54,276 nucleotides of DNA from a virus (IMGVR_UViG_3300034102_000129:1-54276), one strand, 5' to 3'. Counted from the first letter of the stretch, positions 28,160 through 37,389 are shown. Program-made: numbers and translations. Notes: generated by a model from the sequence alone, not told the origin.

Positions 28160-28353
28160 TTTGTCACCACCTCATTTAACTTGGGTTTACCCACGCCTTG
28201 TAACCACCCCTTGGGAGTCAGGGTATACCCTGCGGCCTTCAACTCTTCTTCAGTGCGGCACCGCCCACCTATCAGACGATGTAGCCTTATGGACTCAGGA
28301 CTGGCAAACAAATGCCAACACTCATTACATCTTCTTTCGCGTTTTTGTTTCAC
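28156..28353 (-). CDS. small zinc-finger protein
   Basis: CNECWHLF...HR..GRC (C2HC-type ligand spacing). Confidence 0.6.
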   Translation of the reverse strand: MKQKRERRCNECWHLFASPESIRLHRLIGGRCRTEEELKAAGYTLTPKGWLQGVGKPKLNEVVTK

Positions 28354-28516
28354 TCTTCAACCTCTGGTTCTCTGCACGTAGCCGCTTGATCTCGTCGTGG
28401 CACGCCCAGAGCACACTGCCTACGGTCAAGAACTTGAACTCGGTCGTAGTCCCAGAGTTGTTGATCTCACCCGGTAACTCACGGATCAGATCTAGGATGT
28501 CTTCTTCAGTTCCCAC
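28325..28516 (-). CDS. small hypothetical protein (C-terminal coiled coil)
   Basis: DEIKRLRAENQRLK. Part of a run of overlapping small minus-strand genes. Confidence 0.55.
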   Translation of the reverse strand: MGTEEDILDLIRELPGEINNSGTTTEFKFLTVGSVLWACHDEIKRLRAENQRLKSETKTRKKM

Positions 28517-28754
28517 TGTCTTCCCCTATCACAAAGATCGGGGTGTACTCACCGACATATGAACCGACCACGTTGAACTCCATCCACTCGATGGCCTCTT
28601 CGTGCGTCATCTCTTGATCATAGATAAGTATCTCCACGCACTTTTTGTAGTCGTACACGGCGATCAGTTTGGTGTGTTGCCACCCAAGCCCGATCAAGGC
28701 TTTCTCAAACCCGTCAGCGTACAGCGTGTTCGGGTCAAGTGGTTCGTCGCTCAT
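28506..28754 (-). CDS. conserved small phage protein
   Basis: ADGFEKALIG...EEAIEWMEFNVVGSYVGEYTPIF pattern. ATGA-coupled. Confidence 0.7.
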   Translation of the reverse strand: MSDEPLDPNTLYADGFEKALIGLGWQHTKLIAVYDYKKCVEILIYDQEMTHEEAIEWMEFNVVGSYVGEYTPIFVIGEDSGN

Positions 28755-28942
28755 CGCTGCCTCTCCATCCGTTCCATCTCGCTGCTCAAAGCGTCCAAGT
28801 CAGCGCGAAGTCCTTCCAACTCCTTGGCGTACTTGTAGCACCGCTCACGCAGTTGCCGGATCTCCCGGCGGTACTCATCTGGAGTGTGTGCCAGTTTGTC
28901 CCACTCGTCGTCGAACAGGTCAGGTTGATATTGCATGGTCAT
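28751..28942 (-). CDS. small coiled-coil protein
   Basis: GGAGGT RBS before ATG 28942. QPDLF followed by a coiled coil. Confidence 0.6.
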   Translation of the reverse strand: MTMQYQPDLFDDEWDKLAHTPDEYRREIRQLRERCYKYAKELEGLRADLDALSSEMERMERQR

Positions 28943-28946
28943 GGCT

Positions 28947-29180
28947 TCACCTCCACCATTGCACAGTGAACAACAACACAGCAATGAACATGAGAAGCAC
29001 AACTCCAAGCATGATGCTGAGAACATTGATCGTGTTGTCGGCTTCCGTCAGTTTGTCTTGAAGGGCAGTGGCTTCTTTGTCCTTAATAAACAGCGAATTC
29101 TTGAGCAGCGAGTTCTCGCGCAGCAAGCCCCGTATCTCTTGGTTCAGCCTGTCCTTGTTGTACTGCATCTCTTGTTGCAT
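28947..29180 (-). CDS. small coiled-coil protein with C-terminal TM anchor
   Basis: VLSIMLGVVLLMFIAVLLFTV hydrophobic helix. GAGGTGA RBS. Confidence 0.65.
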   Translation of the reverse strand: MQQEMQYNKDRLNQEIRGLLRENSLLKNSLFIKDKEATALQDKLTEADNTINVLSIMLGVVLLMFIAVLLFTVQWWR

Positions 29181-29183
29181 AAC

Positions 29184-29891
29184 TCACCTCTTTTTGATCA
29201 CAAGTATCTGTGGGTAGTAGCGTATCTCTGCAATAGACCCTCTTGCATCTACTTCCATCAGCATCTGATCAATCAGCGAAACGATACGACCCCTGTCATT
29301 CACAGCGTCTTTTCTGAAATGTTCACGGAACTGCTTTGTGTATGCATGATTGTACGTGCAGCCCATATCTTCGATGACGTAATAGCCACCCTCTGCTACG
29401 TTTTTGAAGCAATTTCCAAACATATCCATCATGTCTTCAGTGATATGCGATGCATCATCTACGAACAGATCGACCTCTTCTGCTAGACCTTTTTTACACA
29501 AGTCGTCTATGCGGATCTCAACGTTCATCATGTCTTCGCATAACTTGGAACACTCTGGACGGGTGTCGTAGCCAATGATCTGCGATGCAGGGAGATAGTT
29601 ACCCCACATACGGAGTGACGCGCCACACGCCACACCTGCTTCCACAATAGACAAAGACGCAGACTTACGATGCAAACCGCCGTACGCTGTGTCCAAAATG
29701 TCTTGGATGATGTGCTCGTAATGCTTTGTGTAATTATGCTTGATCGTACCTTTGTCGCTGCCGTAAAGGTCAGCAAGCCCCGTCAATGAGAGTTCGGTAA
29801 GGTCTACCTCGCCGGTACTAGGTTTGTACTCTTCGGGGTTGACCGTATCCAAATAACGGCGAACACCGCCCCGTGCGTTGGAATCGTTCAT
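29184..29891 (-). CDS. class I SAM-dependent methyltransferase (MycE/sugar O-methyltransferase-like)
   Basis: YGSDKG..HNYT, IVEAGVACGASLRMW, LFVDDASH and GGYYVIED motifs. Confidence 0.8.
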   Translation of the reverse strand: MNDSNARGGVRRYLDTVNPEEYKPSTGEVDLTELSLTGLADLYGSDKGTIKHNYTKHYEHIIQDILDTAYGGLHRKSASLSIVEAGVACGASLRMWGNYLPASQIIGYDTRPECSKLCEDMMNVEIRIDDLCKKGLAEEVDLFVDDASHITEDMMDMFGNCFKNVAEGGYYVIEDMGCTYNHAYTKQFREHFRKDAVNDRGRIVSLIDQMLMEVDARGSIAEIRYYPQILVIKKR

Positions 29892-30178
29892 ACATTCTCC
29901 TGTTTAGACAGTACCAAATCTCGCTTCACTTGCTCCCGCACTAGTACAAGCAACTTACAAATCACATGCGTCTGTGACTTGTTCTTACCGTTGCGATTCA
30001 GTGAGTCAAACTCTGCGGCGTACATCTCAATGATGTCCCATCGCAGCACCTCTAACTTTCCATCATCGTCAATCTTCGCCCATACCGTTTCGGGCATGGC
30101 GACTTTCTTCACATGTTCTTCTGGGACAATTAAATACGCCTCGTCGTCTTCCAGAATCTCTTTGTTAATCTCACTCAT
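29888..30178 (-). CDS. hypothetical protein
   Basis: 96 aa, overlap-coupled within the glyco cassette. GAGGT RBS. Confidence 0.55.
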   Translation of the reverse strand: MSEINKEILEDDEAYLIVPEEHVKKVAMPETVWAKIDDDGKLEVLRWDIIEMYAAEFDSLNRNGKNKSQTHVICKLLVLVREQVKRDLVLSKQENV

Positions 30179-30851
30179 AGGTCACCTCTTTGGCTACGTT
30201 CATCCACTCTTTACCGTATTCAACGTCCGTCCAGTCCTTGAACCACGGCCCACCTCGCGTGAAATGTACCGCTTGCGGATTCGAGCAGTCTTCGCGGGTG
30301 TGCCATCCTTCCAGATAGTTGTAGGCAATCGGCAGATCGCCTATGCATGCGTCCCACAAGAACCTCAGTTGATGAAGGTACATGCCAGACTCACGGTTCA
30401 CGACCTCGGGGGTCAGCGCCTTCACGTGCAGGTGCTCACAGTTCCACAGAATCATGCTCGACCAATTCTTGCGCGGATACTGGTGCTGAAACTTGCCGTC
30501 CATCTTGGTGGCTTCCTTCGGCTTATAGTCATGCTTGACCACGACGGCACCATAGTACGGGTTCATGTAGTCCTGCAGCGCAGCGACATCACCTCGCCAC
30601 AAGAAGTCGCAGTCCATGAACACCGCCCACCCTTTGTACCCTGCAAGATGCGGCACCAAGAAGCGTGTGAAGGAGAACTCCGTGGACGAAAGCGGGTCAT
30701 GCTCACGCCAGTACAAGTTCTTCTCACGCATCTCCTGTTGTTTGATTGGCTGAATGTCGAGCGGCACAGACGTGTGCTTCTCCAACGACCGTTTGCAAGC
30801 ACGATACGCAACGTCCTCGCGGCTATCCCAACCAATAAAGATTTTCATCAT
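30171..30851 (-). CDS. GT-A fold glycosyltransferase (GT8/CDI-like)
   Basis: IFIGWD, STEFSFTRFLVP, DxD motif FMDCD, YPRKNWSS, and HFTRGGPW. Confidence 0.85.
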   Translation of the reverse strand: MMKIFIGWDSREDVAYRACKRSLEKHTSVPLDIQPIKQQEMREKNLYWREHDPLSSTEFSFTRFLVPHLAGYKGWAVFMDCDFLWRGDVAALQDYMNPYYGAVVVKHDYKPKEATKMDGKFQHQYPRKNWSSMILWNCEHLHVKALTPEVVNRESGMYLHQLRFLWDACIGDLPIAYNYLEGWHTREDCSNPQAVHFTRGGPWFKDWTDVEYGKEWMNVAKEVTYE

Positions 30852-32710
30852 ATTGCCTCAAACAGTTGCTTACGGCTCGGCCCCTTGTAGTGCAGTATTT
30901 TCGCATCGTCTGTCTTGTGTTCGGGTAGACACGCATATACTGACTCGTCGAACTCGGCACAGCCGTACTTCTCGGCGTAGATGCGTAACACTTCTTGATC
31001 ACCGTACCACTTGCGGTACTTCGGATGCAGTTCCTCGTAGATTTTTAACATCTCTACCCACACTTGCGAATCCTTGACCGCCACAGCGCAGCCCACATAC
31101 GGGTACAGTTCTCCCATAGTTTTACCCTTGTGCTCATCAAACGTCAGCCCACGCTGCTCGATGTTGAACTCCGTGTCGATGTTGAATGACCTCTTACAGA
31201 ACGCAATCTCTGTGCCGCTCAACATCTCTTCGATATCAACCCAACTCTGCACGATCATATCGGTGTCCAGATAGAGTGCAGGGCCATTGATGTCGAGCCG
31301 TGCATACGCCTTGGCTCTTGAGTACATCAAGTTGTTTGGGTCTACTTCTATCTCAAACCTGTCAGTCACGCCCATCACATCGGGTGTCGCGCTGTCCGTA
31401 CACATGATGATGTCAGCACTTGGGTTGTACCGCAGCAGGGACTTGACCATCTTCTGTGGATAAGAAATGTCTTTGCCCACGTGGAAGAAAACAAAAGTCT
31501 GCCGTTGTCGTTGGCGTTCACCCAACATCACTTCAAGTTCTTCTTGGACTTGACTCAACTGCAAATCCCACGGCGCGTTCATGTTCTCGCGCTGATAAAC
31601 CCTCACGCCGCTGTACCACAGACTCTGGTTGCCGACTCGGTTGTTCCAGTACCAGAGTTTGTTGGCATCAAGTAATAAAACATCCTTGCCCATCGCCCCT
31701 GCCAGATGCACGGTCGTACAGGATGGCGAGATGACCACACTGCATATCTCCATGAGTGCAGCCACGTTCTCCAGATCAAAGAACGTATCAATATGCGTAG
31801 TGATTAGGTTCGGATGGAAGTCCCGGCCTTGCTCTTGAACCTCACCAAACTGAAGGTTGATGAACTTCAAGTTCGGCTTATCCAGAATCGGACGGAACGC
31901 CTCCAACGGCACAGACTTGTGCTGCCCGATCACAGGTGCGGTACTTGTCCAAGAAAGTCCTACTACAAAGTCATCCTCATGCAGCCCGTACTCTTTGCGG
32001 AGCATGGCTACGCGCTCTGGGTCAGCCTTGAGATAACGGAACGACACGCTCGGTGCTATATCACGCACTGAGTTGATGAAGTATTTACCCAAGGACGCAA
32101 TCGGTATGTGCGAATCATGCTCACTCATCTTGACCCGTGCATTGTGCGATAGGAACTTGACGTTCTTCGCCCTGCATCCACGTTGGAAGAGATTTGCCAT
32201 ACGCAGGTCAACCATGACGGTGACCTCATCGACCTCCCGTGCCAACGCTTCGATCAGCGAACCATACAAAATCTGATCACCAATGCCTTGCTCACACCAG
32301 ACAATCGGACGGCGCAGTCCCTTGCCACGCTCCCACTGTGGGTGCTTGGTGTGCAACTTCGGAGACTTGAAAGACTTACTTCCCCATCGCCGCTCGTAAC
32401 CTTCCCAACCCTTCTTGAAGTCGCCCATTTGAAGAGCAAGAAGACCCACAGTCCATCCTGCATCGTCGTTGTGCGGCTCTAGTTGGGCAGCAATCTCAAA
32501 GTGCTGTCGTGCAAGATTCCAACGGTGCATCTCCCAGTGGCATCGTCCAATCTGCAATTCGACTGCCGTCATGATTGGCAACGCAACGTGTACGTTACTC
32601 AAGATGCCGATAGCCTCGTCGTAGTTACCGCTTTCAGCCGCTTCGACGCCCATCTTGTAGATGGCCTGTGCAAACTCAGCAAGACTTTTCTGCTTGGGTT
32701 CTCCGCTCAC
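30848..32710 (-). CDS. TPR plus GT9-like (GT-B) plus GT-A glycosyltransferase fusion
   Basis: N-terminal TPR helices; GWEGYERRW, EQGIGDQI and TVHLAGAMG (GT9/FlbA-type); C-terminal YLDTDMIV, WYGDQ and ILHYKG (GT8-like). Probable GTG start at 32710 after GAGGGGG, alternatively ATG 32779. Confidence 0.8.
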   Translation of the reverse strand: MSGEPKQKSLAEFAQAIYKMGVEAAESGNYDEAIGILSNVHVALPIMTAVELQIGRCHWEMHRWNLARQHFEIAAQLEPHNDDAGWTVGLLALQMGDFKKGWEGYERRWGSKSFKSPKLHTKHPQWERGKGLRRPIVWCEQGIGDQILYGSLIEALAREVDEVTVMVDLRMANLFQRGCRAKNVKFLSHNARVKMSEHDSHIPIASLGKYFINSVRDIAPSVSFRYLKADPERVAMLRKEYGLHEDDFVVGLSWTSTAPVIGQHKSVPLEAFRPILDKPNLKFINLQFGEVQEQGRDFHPNLITTHIDTFFDLENVAALMEICSVVISPSCTTVHLAGAMGKDVLLLDANKLWYWNNRVGNQSLWYSGVRVYQRENMNAPWDLQLSQVQEELEVMLGERQRQRQTFVFFHVGKDISYPQKMVKSLLRYNPSADIIMCTDSATPDVMGVTDRFEIEVDPNNLMYSRAKAYARLDINGPALYLDTDMIVQSWVDIEEMLSGTEIAFCKRSFNIDTEFNIEQRGLTFDEHKGKTMGELYPYVGCAVAVKDSQVWVEMLKIYEELHPKYRKWYGDQEVLRIYAEKYGCAEFDESVYACLPEHKTDDAKILHYKGPSRKQLFEAI

Positions 32711-32835
32711 CAGTAGTTTCCCCCTCGTCCGATACTGCCCCGACTGCACCGCCAGTTGGGTGGCGGCACCCTGCGCCATGCGTAGTGAGCCTCGTACTCA
32801 CTACGCTTCCACCAGTTGATCAATGCACGGATCAT
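32707..32835 (-). CDS. putative 42-aa Trp/Arg-rich peptide (below the ORF-track cutoff)
   Basis: MIRALINWWKRSEYEAHYAWRRVPPPNWRCSRGSIGRGGNYW. Coupled by ATGA upstream and GTGA downstream. Confidence 0.5.
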   Translation of the reverse strand: MIRALINWWKRSEYEAHYAWRRVPPPNWRCSRGSIGRGGNYW

Positions 32836-33482
32836 GTGGCCTCCTGCGGAACAAGTTGGATTAGTCCAACGGGCATTGACACAGCGGTCTTGTTGTCCGC
32901 ACGCGGGTAGATCAGTACACGACTTGGATGCTCAAGCATCAGCGCGTTAGCCACGCCCTTCTCAATGCCCTCAAAGTCATCCAACACGAACACGGTCTTC
33001 TCGCAGACAATTTTAGACAAGGGTTCGATGTCGGGCTGACTCAAGCGACCATCCAGATAGATCAGATCGATACTAGGATTTTCCTCTTCTGCCAACTTCT
33101 TGAACATCTCTGTTGATGAAGTTTTTGGAAAGTAAGTCACCATACCTTTGGTGTCTTCAAACAAGTTAGGAATGTCGTTTGATATGTCACAAGTGTCGAT
33201 AGACACATATTTGTCGGCCATGTACATCGCCATCGTAGATACACCAATAAACGTACCTACCTCAGCAATAGTGCTTGGCTTAAAAAACTTTACCAGACGA
33301 TACAACTCAGCAGCATCGTCCACACTCAGCGACCCGGTGTTGTATTCAGCCTTGCGGCGGTACTCCTGCCTACCCGCAATCATGTCTTCGATTTCTTGCC
33401 ACGGTACATCGCTCACCTTCTCGTCTATGATGTCCCAGAAAAATTTACTGAATCGCTCTCGACCAATTTGTAAGGTGTTCAT
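32832..33482 (-). CDS. class I SAM-dependent methyltransferase (Methyltransf_24-like)
   Basis: IAEVGTFIGVST, IDLIYLDG and FVLDD motifs. Confidence 0.8.
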   Translation of the reverse strand: MNTLQIGRERFSKFFWDIIDEKVSDVPWQEIEDMIAGRQEYRRKAEYNTGSLSVDDAAELYRLVKFFKPSTIAEVGTFIGVSTMAMYMADKYVSIDTCDISNDIPNLFEDTKGMVTYFPKTSSTEMFKKLAEEENPSIDLIYLDGRLSQPDIEPLSKIVCEKTVFVLDDFEGIEKGVANALMLEHPSRVLIYPRADNKTAVSMPVGLIQLVPQEAT

Positions 33483-33988
33483 GCACCCTCCCGCGCAAAG
33501 ATTTCACGGTCAAGATACCAACGCGCTTTCTTCAGATCGACAAGCGGGTCGGAGTCCTTCTTACCGGCACGGCTCACGTACTTCACCACGTTGCCCAAGC
33601 GATAGTTCAAGTCCTTCGCTTCGATGAAGTCGATGGTCTCGATACCACCGTCACGATAGTGCGGGGGACTATTGACGATATCAAGTTTCTTTTCAGCCGC
33701 TTCAAGTTCTTTGATCAGTCTGTCGTTCACGCTCATCGGCTTCAGCAGCGCATCGACTTCCTTCTTCGTAAGGATGGCAGACTTGTAGAGCCGGGTCGCC
33801 TTCTTGATGTATTTTTTCTCTGCCTTTTGCACCTTGGGATCGGTGCTGCGTTCGGGCATCGCCTTCTTTTTCTTTGCTTGCCACTTGACTTGATGCACCA
33901 AATTAACGGAAAACTTCGTTTGCTTGACGATTTCTTTGACACTCAAACCACGCGCCAATAAACGGCGAATCTTTTCAGACTTACTCAT
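33479..33988 (-). CDS. DUF3310 (SaV / T7 gp1.7-like) protein with N-terminal HTH
   Basis: VNSPPHY..GGIETIDFI..GNVVKYVSRAGKK..DLKKARWYL, and N-terminal IRRLLARGLSVKEI. Confidence 0.85.
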   Translation of the reverse strand: MSKSEKIRRLLARGLSVKEIVKQTKFSVNLVHQVKWQAKKKKAMPERSTDPKVQKAEKKYIKKATRLYKSAILTKKEVDALLKPMSVNDRLIKELEAAEKKLDIVNSPPHYRDGGIETIDFIEAKDLNYRLGNVVKYVSRAGKKDSDPLVDLKKARWYLDREIFAREGA

Positions 33989-34265
33989 GACTAAACTCCT
34001 TGCGTAGGGTTTCTACGTTTGTTTCATCTATCAACAATGCGATGCCACCTGTTTTGCGGATGTCATCGAGATGCTTCAATTGAAGCGCGGTGGGCTTGCC
34101 ACCGTTGGCTTTACACTCTATACCATAAAATTTTCCGCGTAAACAAACTAAAAAATCGGGAACCCCGGCGTTCCCGAAACCAGTTCCTACCGGCATGGCG
34201 TAGTACGCCCCCACCTCCAATAAGATTTGCTTAACACGTTTTTTAACTTTTGCTTCTGGGGTCAT
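33981..34265 (-). CDS. VRR-NUC nuclease / Holliday junction resolvase-like
   Basis: TPEAKVK, GVPDFLVC and GIECKANGGKPTALQ. Confidence 0.88.
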   Translation of the reverse strand: MTPEAKVKKRVKQILLEVGAYYAMPVGTGFGNAGVPDFLVCLRGKFYGIECKANGGKPTALQLKHLDDIRKTGGIALLIDETNVETLRKEFSHE

Positions 34266-35302
34266 ATTCTATCCACCAACATCCAGTAAGCGCCCATCCC
34301 ATGCACACTGTCTGAGCAAGAATTTGCATCAATCGACAAAGTAAGCGATGACGGGATCAGTCGTTCGGGATCGTAGTAGTCCACTCTGTTCGTACCGCCT
34401 TCAAGATACATCTTCGTCATGGCGACAGAGGCAAGCAAACTCTTGCGTATGTCTTCGGGAATATCTTGAAATGTGCGGTAGTACTCAATCGGCATCGTCA
34501 TGTCGCAGCCATTTGTATCGTCAGCGATAGAGTGGACACTATCGATATGTGAGTAGTTGTCGAATGTATGTTTGAAATGCGCTGCACCAATAAAGTAGCC
34601 GACATCTTTGCCGTAGCCAAACATCCACTTCTCACGATCAAAGAACTCACCAAGTTTTACAACGTTCGAGGAGTGATTAGAGCGAGATGCTGTTATGGCA
34701 GAGTACGCTTTGTTAATCGCATCACGTATGCGCGAGGGGATATCTGCTTCGGCAACATCGTTGAAGTAACGCTTGATCAACCAAGTCGCTGACTCGCTGT
34801 TGATGTCCGACATCACGGAATAACTAGCAGGAAACTTCTCCCGCAAGTGATTGGTCACGGCTCGTCCCATGTTGTTGGCAATATGGTTGTGGTAGTTCAA
34901 CGCTGTGGACAGCGCACGATCAAATGTCGCCCCGGCAGAATTTGCAGAGTTGAGTATGCGATTGACCAGATACATACACTTCTCAGAGTTACCCAAGTGC
35001 GTCGAGAATCGCGGCAGTGCGTCGGGAGTGTCGTATGAACAAATACGGAAGTTCCCGCCAGACATCCCTATGTAAGCCACACGGAAGTTGTTGGGCAGAC
35101 CAAGGTGTACGGTAATCTGCGAATTATCTCGGTCGTTATTGTGTGCTATTTCCACACAACGCAGTTTGGTCTTGGAATACACTTTCAAAAACGGGAGATA
35201 CAACGGCGACTGCTTCAGTGCATTCTGTGCCGTTACCGGAACCCATGGCGCGAAAAGGTCAGTCGCGTTTAGGGCAAATGATTTGCTGATTCTTTTAGAC
35301 AT
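34262..35302 (-). CDS. hypothetical protein
   Basis: 346-aa ORF with GGGAG RBS, coupled to VRR-NUC. No recognised motif. Confidence 0.65.
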   Translation of the reverse strand: MSKRISKSFALNATDLFAPWVPVTAQNALKQSPLYLPFLKVYSKTKLRCVEIAHNNDRDNSQITVHLGLPNNFRVAYIGMSGGNFRICSYDTPDALPRFSTHLGNSEKCMYLVNRILNSANSAGATFDRALSTALNYHNHIANNMGRAVTNHLREKFPASYSVMSDINSESATWLIKRYFNDVAEADIPSRIRDAINKAYSAITASRSNHSSNVVKLGEFFDREKWMFGYGKDVGYFIGAAHFKHTFDNYSHIDSVHSIADDTNGCDMTMPIEYYRTFQDIPEDIRKSLLASVAMTKMYLEGGTNRVDYYDPERLIPSSLTLSIDANSCSDSVHGMGAYWMLVDRI

Positions 35303-35303
35303 C

Positions 35304-35474
35304 TCACATCTCCCTCAAAAAGTATTTGCGGCCTTTGCTGTCCTCAAGCAGGTCAGCCTCGTCGTACCAATCGGTGTCGTAGTCCCAGATTTCGACATCG
35401 ACATTATCCGGTGCCTCGATGACTTCGGGGATACCACCTTCGATGGTGATGATTACTCGTTTCTTGTCGCTCAT
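35304..35474 (-). CDS. small acidic protein
   Basis: MSDKKRVIITIEGG..VEIWDYD. GAGGAGG RBS. Confidence 0.65.
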   Translation of the reverse strand: MSDKKRVIITIEGGIPEVIEAPDNVDVEIWDYDTDWYDEADLLEDSKGRKYFLREM

Positions 35475-35638
35475 GCCTTGTCCTCCTCTGTTGCCTTGGC
35501 GATGGCGGCGCGGTATCGGTTGAAGTCCATAGCGTAGGGGTCGCCGTCTGCGTCGAGAACATCGAGAACGCACCCCAACAATTCTGTGTTGACCTCTCGC
35601 AGCCGCTCGATCTCAGCAGTCAACTCTTCGTTGCTCAT
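35471..35638 (-). CDS. small hypothetical protein (55 aa)
   Basis: MSNEELTAEIERLRE...RAAIAKATEEDKA. GAGGAGG RBS, ATGA-coupled. Confidence 0.65.
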   Translation of the reverse strand: MSNEELTAEIERLREVNTELLGCVLDVLDADGDPYAMDFNRYRAAIAKATEEDKA

Positions 35639-35790
35639 GCCTTGTCCTCCTCATCGAAACTAGCCAAGTCGTTATCAGCGTAGGCCAACGCTTCTGCAAT
35701 GTAGCCATGCGCCTCGCTGCCTTCTTCGACTAACTCATACGCCGCACGCAAAGCGATAGCGATGCGGTTGAGTCGTTCTTGTTCGTTCAT
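35635..35790 (-). CDS. small hypothetical protein (51 aa)
   Basis: MNEQERLNRIAIALRAAY...FDEEDKA. GAGGGGG RBS, ATGA-coupled. Confidence 0.6.
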   Translation of the reverse strand: MNEQERLNRIAIALRAAYELVEEGSEAHGYIAEALAYADNDLASFDEEDKA

Positions 35791-36197
35791 GTCTTGTCCC
35801 CCTCTTTGATCTGCACGTCGCAGGTCACAGTCCAGTTGATGAACTCGTACTTGTTGGGGTCAACGAACCATCGTCGGCGCAGTTCCTCCGCCAACAACTT
35901 GGCGACCTTCTCCTCATCGACCCTGCCCGTTGAGTCCACAGCATCCGCCAACTCGACGCTAACCTTGTTCGGAGCCGGGTCATCCTCGTCCACCATGTAC
36001 TCGTCCGGGTCCTCGTCCCATGTCGTCCAACATGAGTCCCCGTCGCCGTCGTTGTACAACTCGTCCCATTCCTTGGGCGTGATTTCCTTGTACAGGCAGA
36101 CATCGGAGCAGTAGTACTCGCCGCATTCGATGTAGTACCCCTCGTTCATCCCCGCGCCACACTTGTCGCAATTACGGGCGTATTTCTTGTAAGCCAT
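35787..36197 (-). CDS. acidic zinc-finger protein
   Basis: CDKCG...YYCSDVCL. GGAGGT RBS. Confidence 0.65.
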   Translation of the reverse strand: MAYKKYARNCDKCGAGMNEGYYIECGEYYCSDVCLYKEITPKEWDELYNDGDGDSCWTTWDEDPDEYMVDEDDPAPNKVSVELADAVDSTGRVDEEKVAKLLAEELRRRWFVDPNKYEFINWTVTCDVQIKEGDKT

Positions 36198-36198
36198 G

Positions 36199-37374
36199 TC
36201 ACACCTCCACTTTTACTGTTTTGCCACCGTTCGGCGGCACAAAGTCACGCTTGCTTGTCACAAGCCACAATGTCGGACACATCACATCCCATTTGATATC
36301 GCTCTCAACGTAACCATCGGTGAACACCAACACACAGTCGGCTTTGTAGTTACGCTTGAGCATATGTTCGCTCACGCACGATACATGCGTGCCACCTCCG
36401 CCCGTGGGTTTCAACAACTTGGATATATCGTTGAACCCGTCTGGTGTGAACACCTGCTCGCTACTGACCGTCGTATCCCACCACATGACGCGCAGTGCAT
36501 CGGGGTGTACTTGCTCACAGATAGACTGCAACTCAGCGGCGAACTCGTTAATCATCGCAGCATTGATGCTGCCAGACGTATCGATGGCGACCACGATGTC
36601 GCCCACCTTCTCGCTGATGACTCCCGGCTGAATGATGTCATCCAGAATCATCCGTTTGTCGAACTTGCGATAGGTATGCTCATCGTTGCCTTGAGCAACG
36701 CTTGAAACGAACTCACGCAAGGCAGTCGCCCAATCGACCTGCGGCTGCAACGTCTCGGTGACCGACCTTGGCAACTTCTGACCAAACCGCCCTGCCAACA
36801 ACCCACCTTGGTGGATGGCTTCGTTGACTTGCTCGACATACTCCTTCATCTCCTTTGCCGACATCTGCTCAGCATTGCTCATGTCATGTTCATCAAGCGG
36901 CTGGCCCGCACCGTTGCTTTGCCCGCCCTGTCCACCGCCTTGTTCTTCCTCCTTCTCCAAGTGTCGGTAGATTTCGGGGTAAGACCATCCGTGGAACTTG
37001 GGGTCATACAAGCCACCGTCCGGTAACTTGATGAACGCCTTGTCCTTGATGTTCATGATTACATCATTGACTACATAGTCAGCCGCCATGTTCGCCAACT
37101 TGGAGTTCTTCTTCCAATACGGCAAGCCACGCACCGTGTGCTTGAACACTTTGTGTAGACCTTCGTGCAACTTCAAGCCGCGCACCTCGGGTAACATGAG
37201 TTTGTTGAGGAACGCCTCGCCATACTTCTCGTTGACACCATCCGTACAAGCGGTTGGTACGTTGTCCACGACAGTTGTCTTGCCCATCACCAACACACCG
37301 GCATACGCCGCCGTCTCGGGGTGACGCAACAGGTCAACCGTTGCTTTCTCCAGTTTTTTGATCGCTTCTTGCAT
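36199..37374 (-). CDS. DUF2201-type metallopeptidase plus VWA domain protein
   Basis: TACTDG, HEGLH (HExxH), MIDAS DTSGS, GGGGT and FTDG. Confidence 0.88.
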   Translation of the reverse strand: MQEAIKKLEKATVDLLRHPETAAYAGVLVMGKTTVVDNVPTACTDGVNEKYGEAFLNKLMLPEVRGLKLHEGLHKVFKHTVRGLPYWKKNSKLANMAADYVVNDVIMNIKDKAFIKLPDGGLYDPKFHGWSYPEIYRHLEKEEEQGGGQGGQSNGAGQPLDEHDMSNAEQMSAKEMKEYVEQVNEAIHQGGLLAGRFGQKLPRSVTETLQPQVDWATALREFVSSVAQGNDEHTYRKFDKRMILDDIIQPGVISEKVGDIVVAIDTSGSINAAMINEFAAELQSICEQVHPDALRVMWWDTTVSSEQVFTPDGFNDISKLLKPTGGGGTHVSCVSEHMLKRNYKADCVLVFTDGYVESDIKWDVMCPTLWLVTSKRDFVPPNGGKTVKVEV

Positions 37375-37389
37375 GATGCACCTCGTTAG

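Noticed and set aside
29979-30890. 303-aa plus-strand ORF
   Set aside because: Antisense shadow of the well-supported glycosyltransferase genes, with no motif or RBS.
29184-33482. The two methyltransferases as DNA methyltransferases (restriction evasion)
   Set aside because: They lack DPPY/NPPY or PC catalytic motifs, and their motifs match small-molecule/sugar O-methyltransferases.
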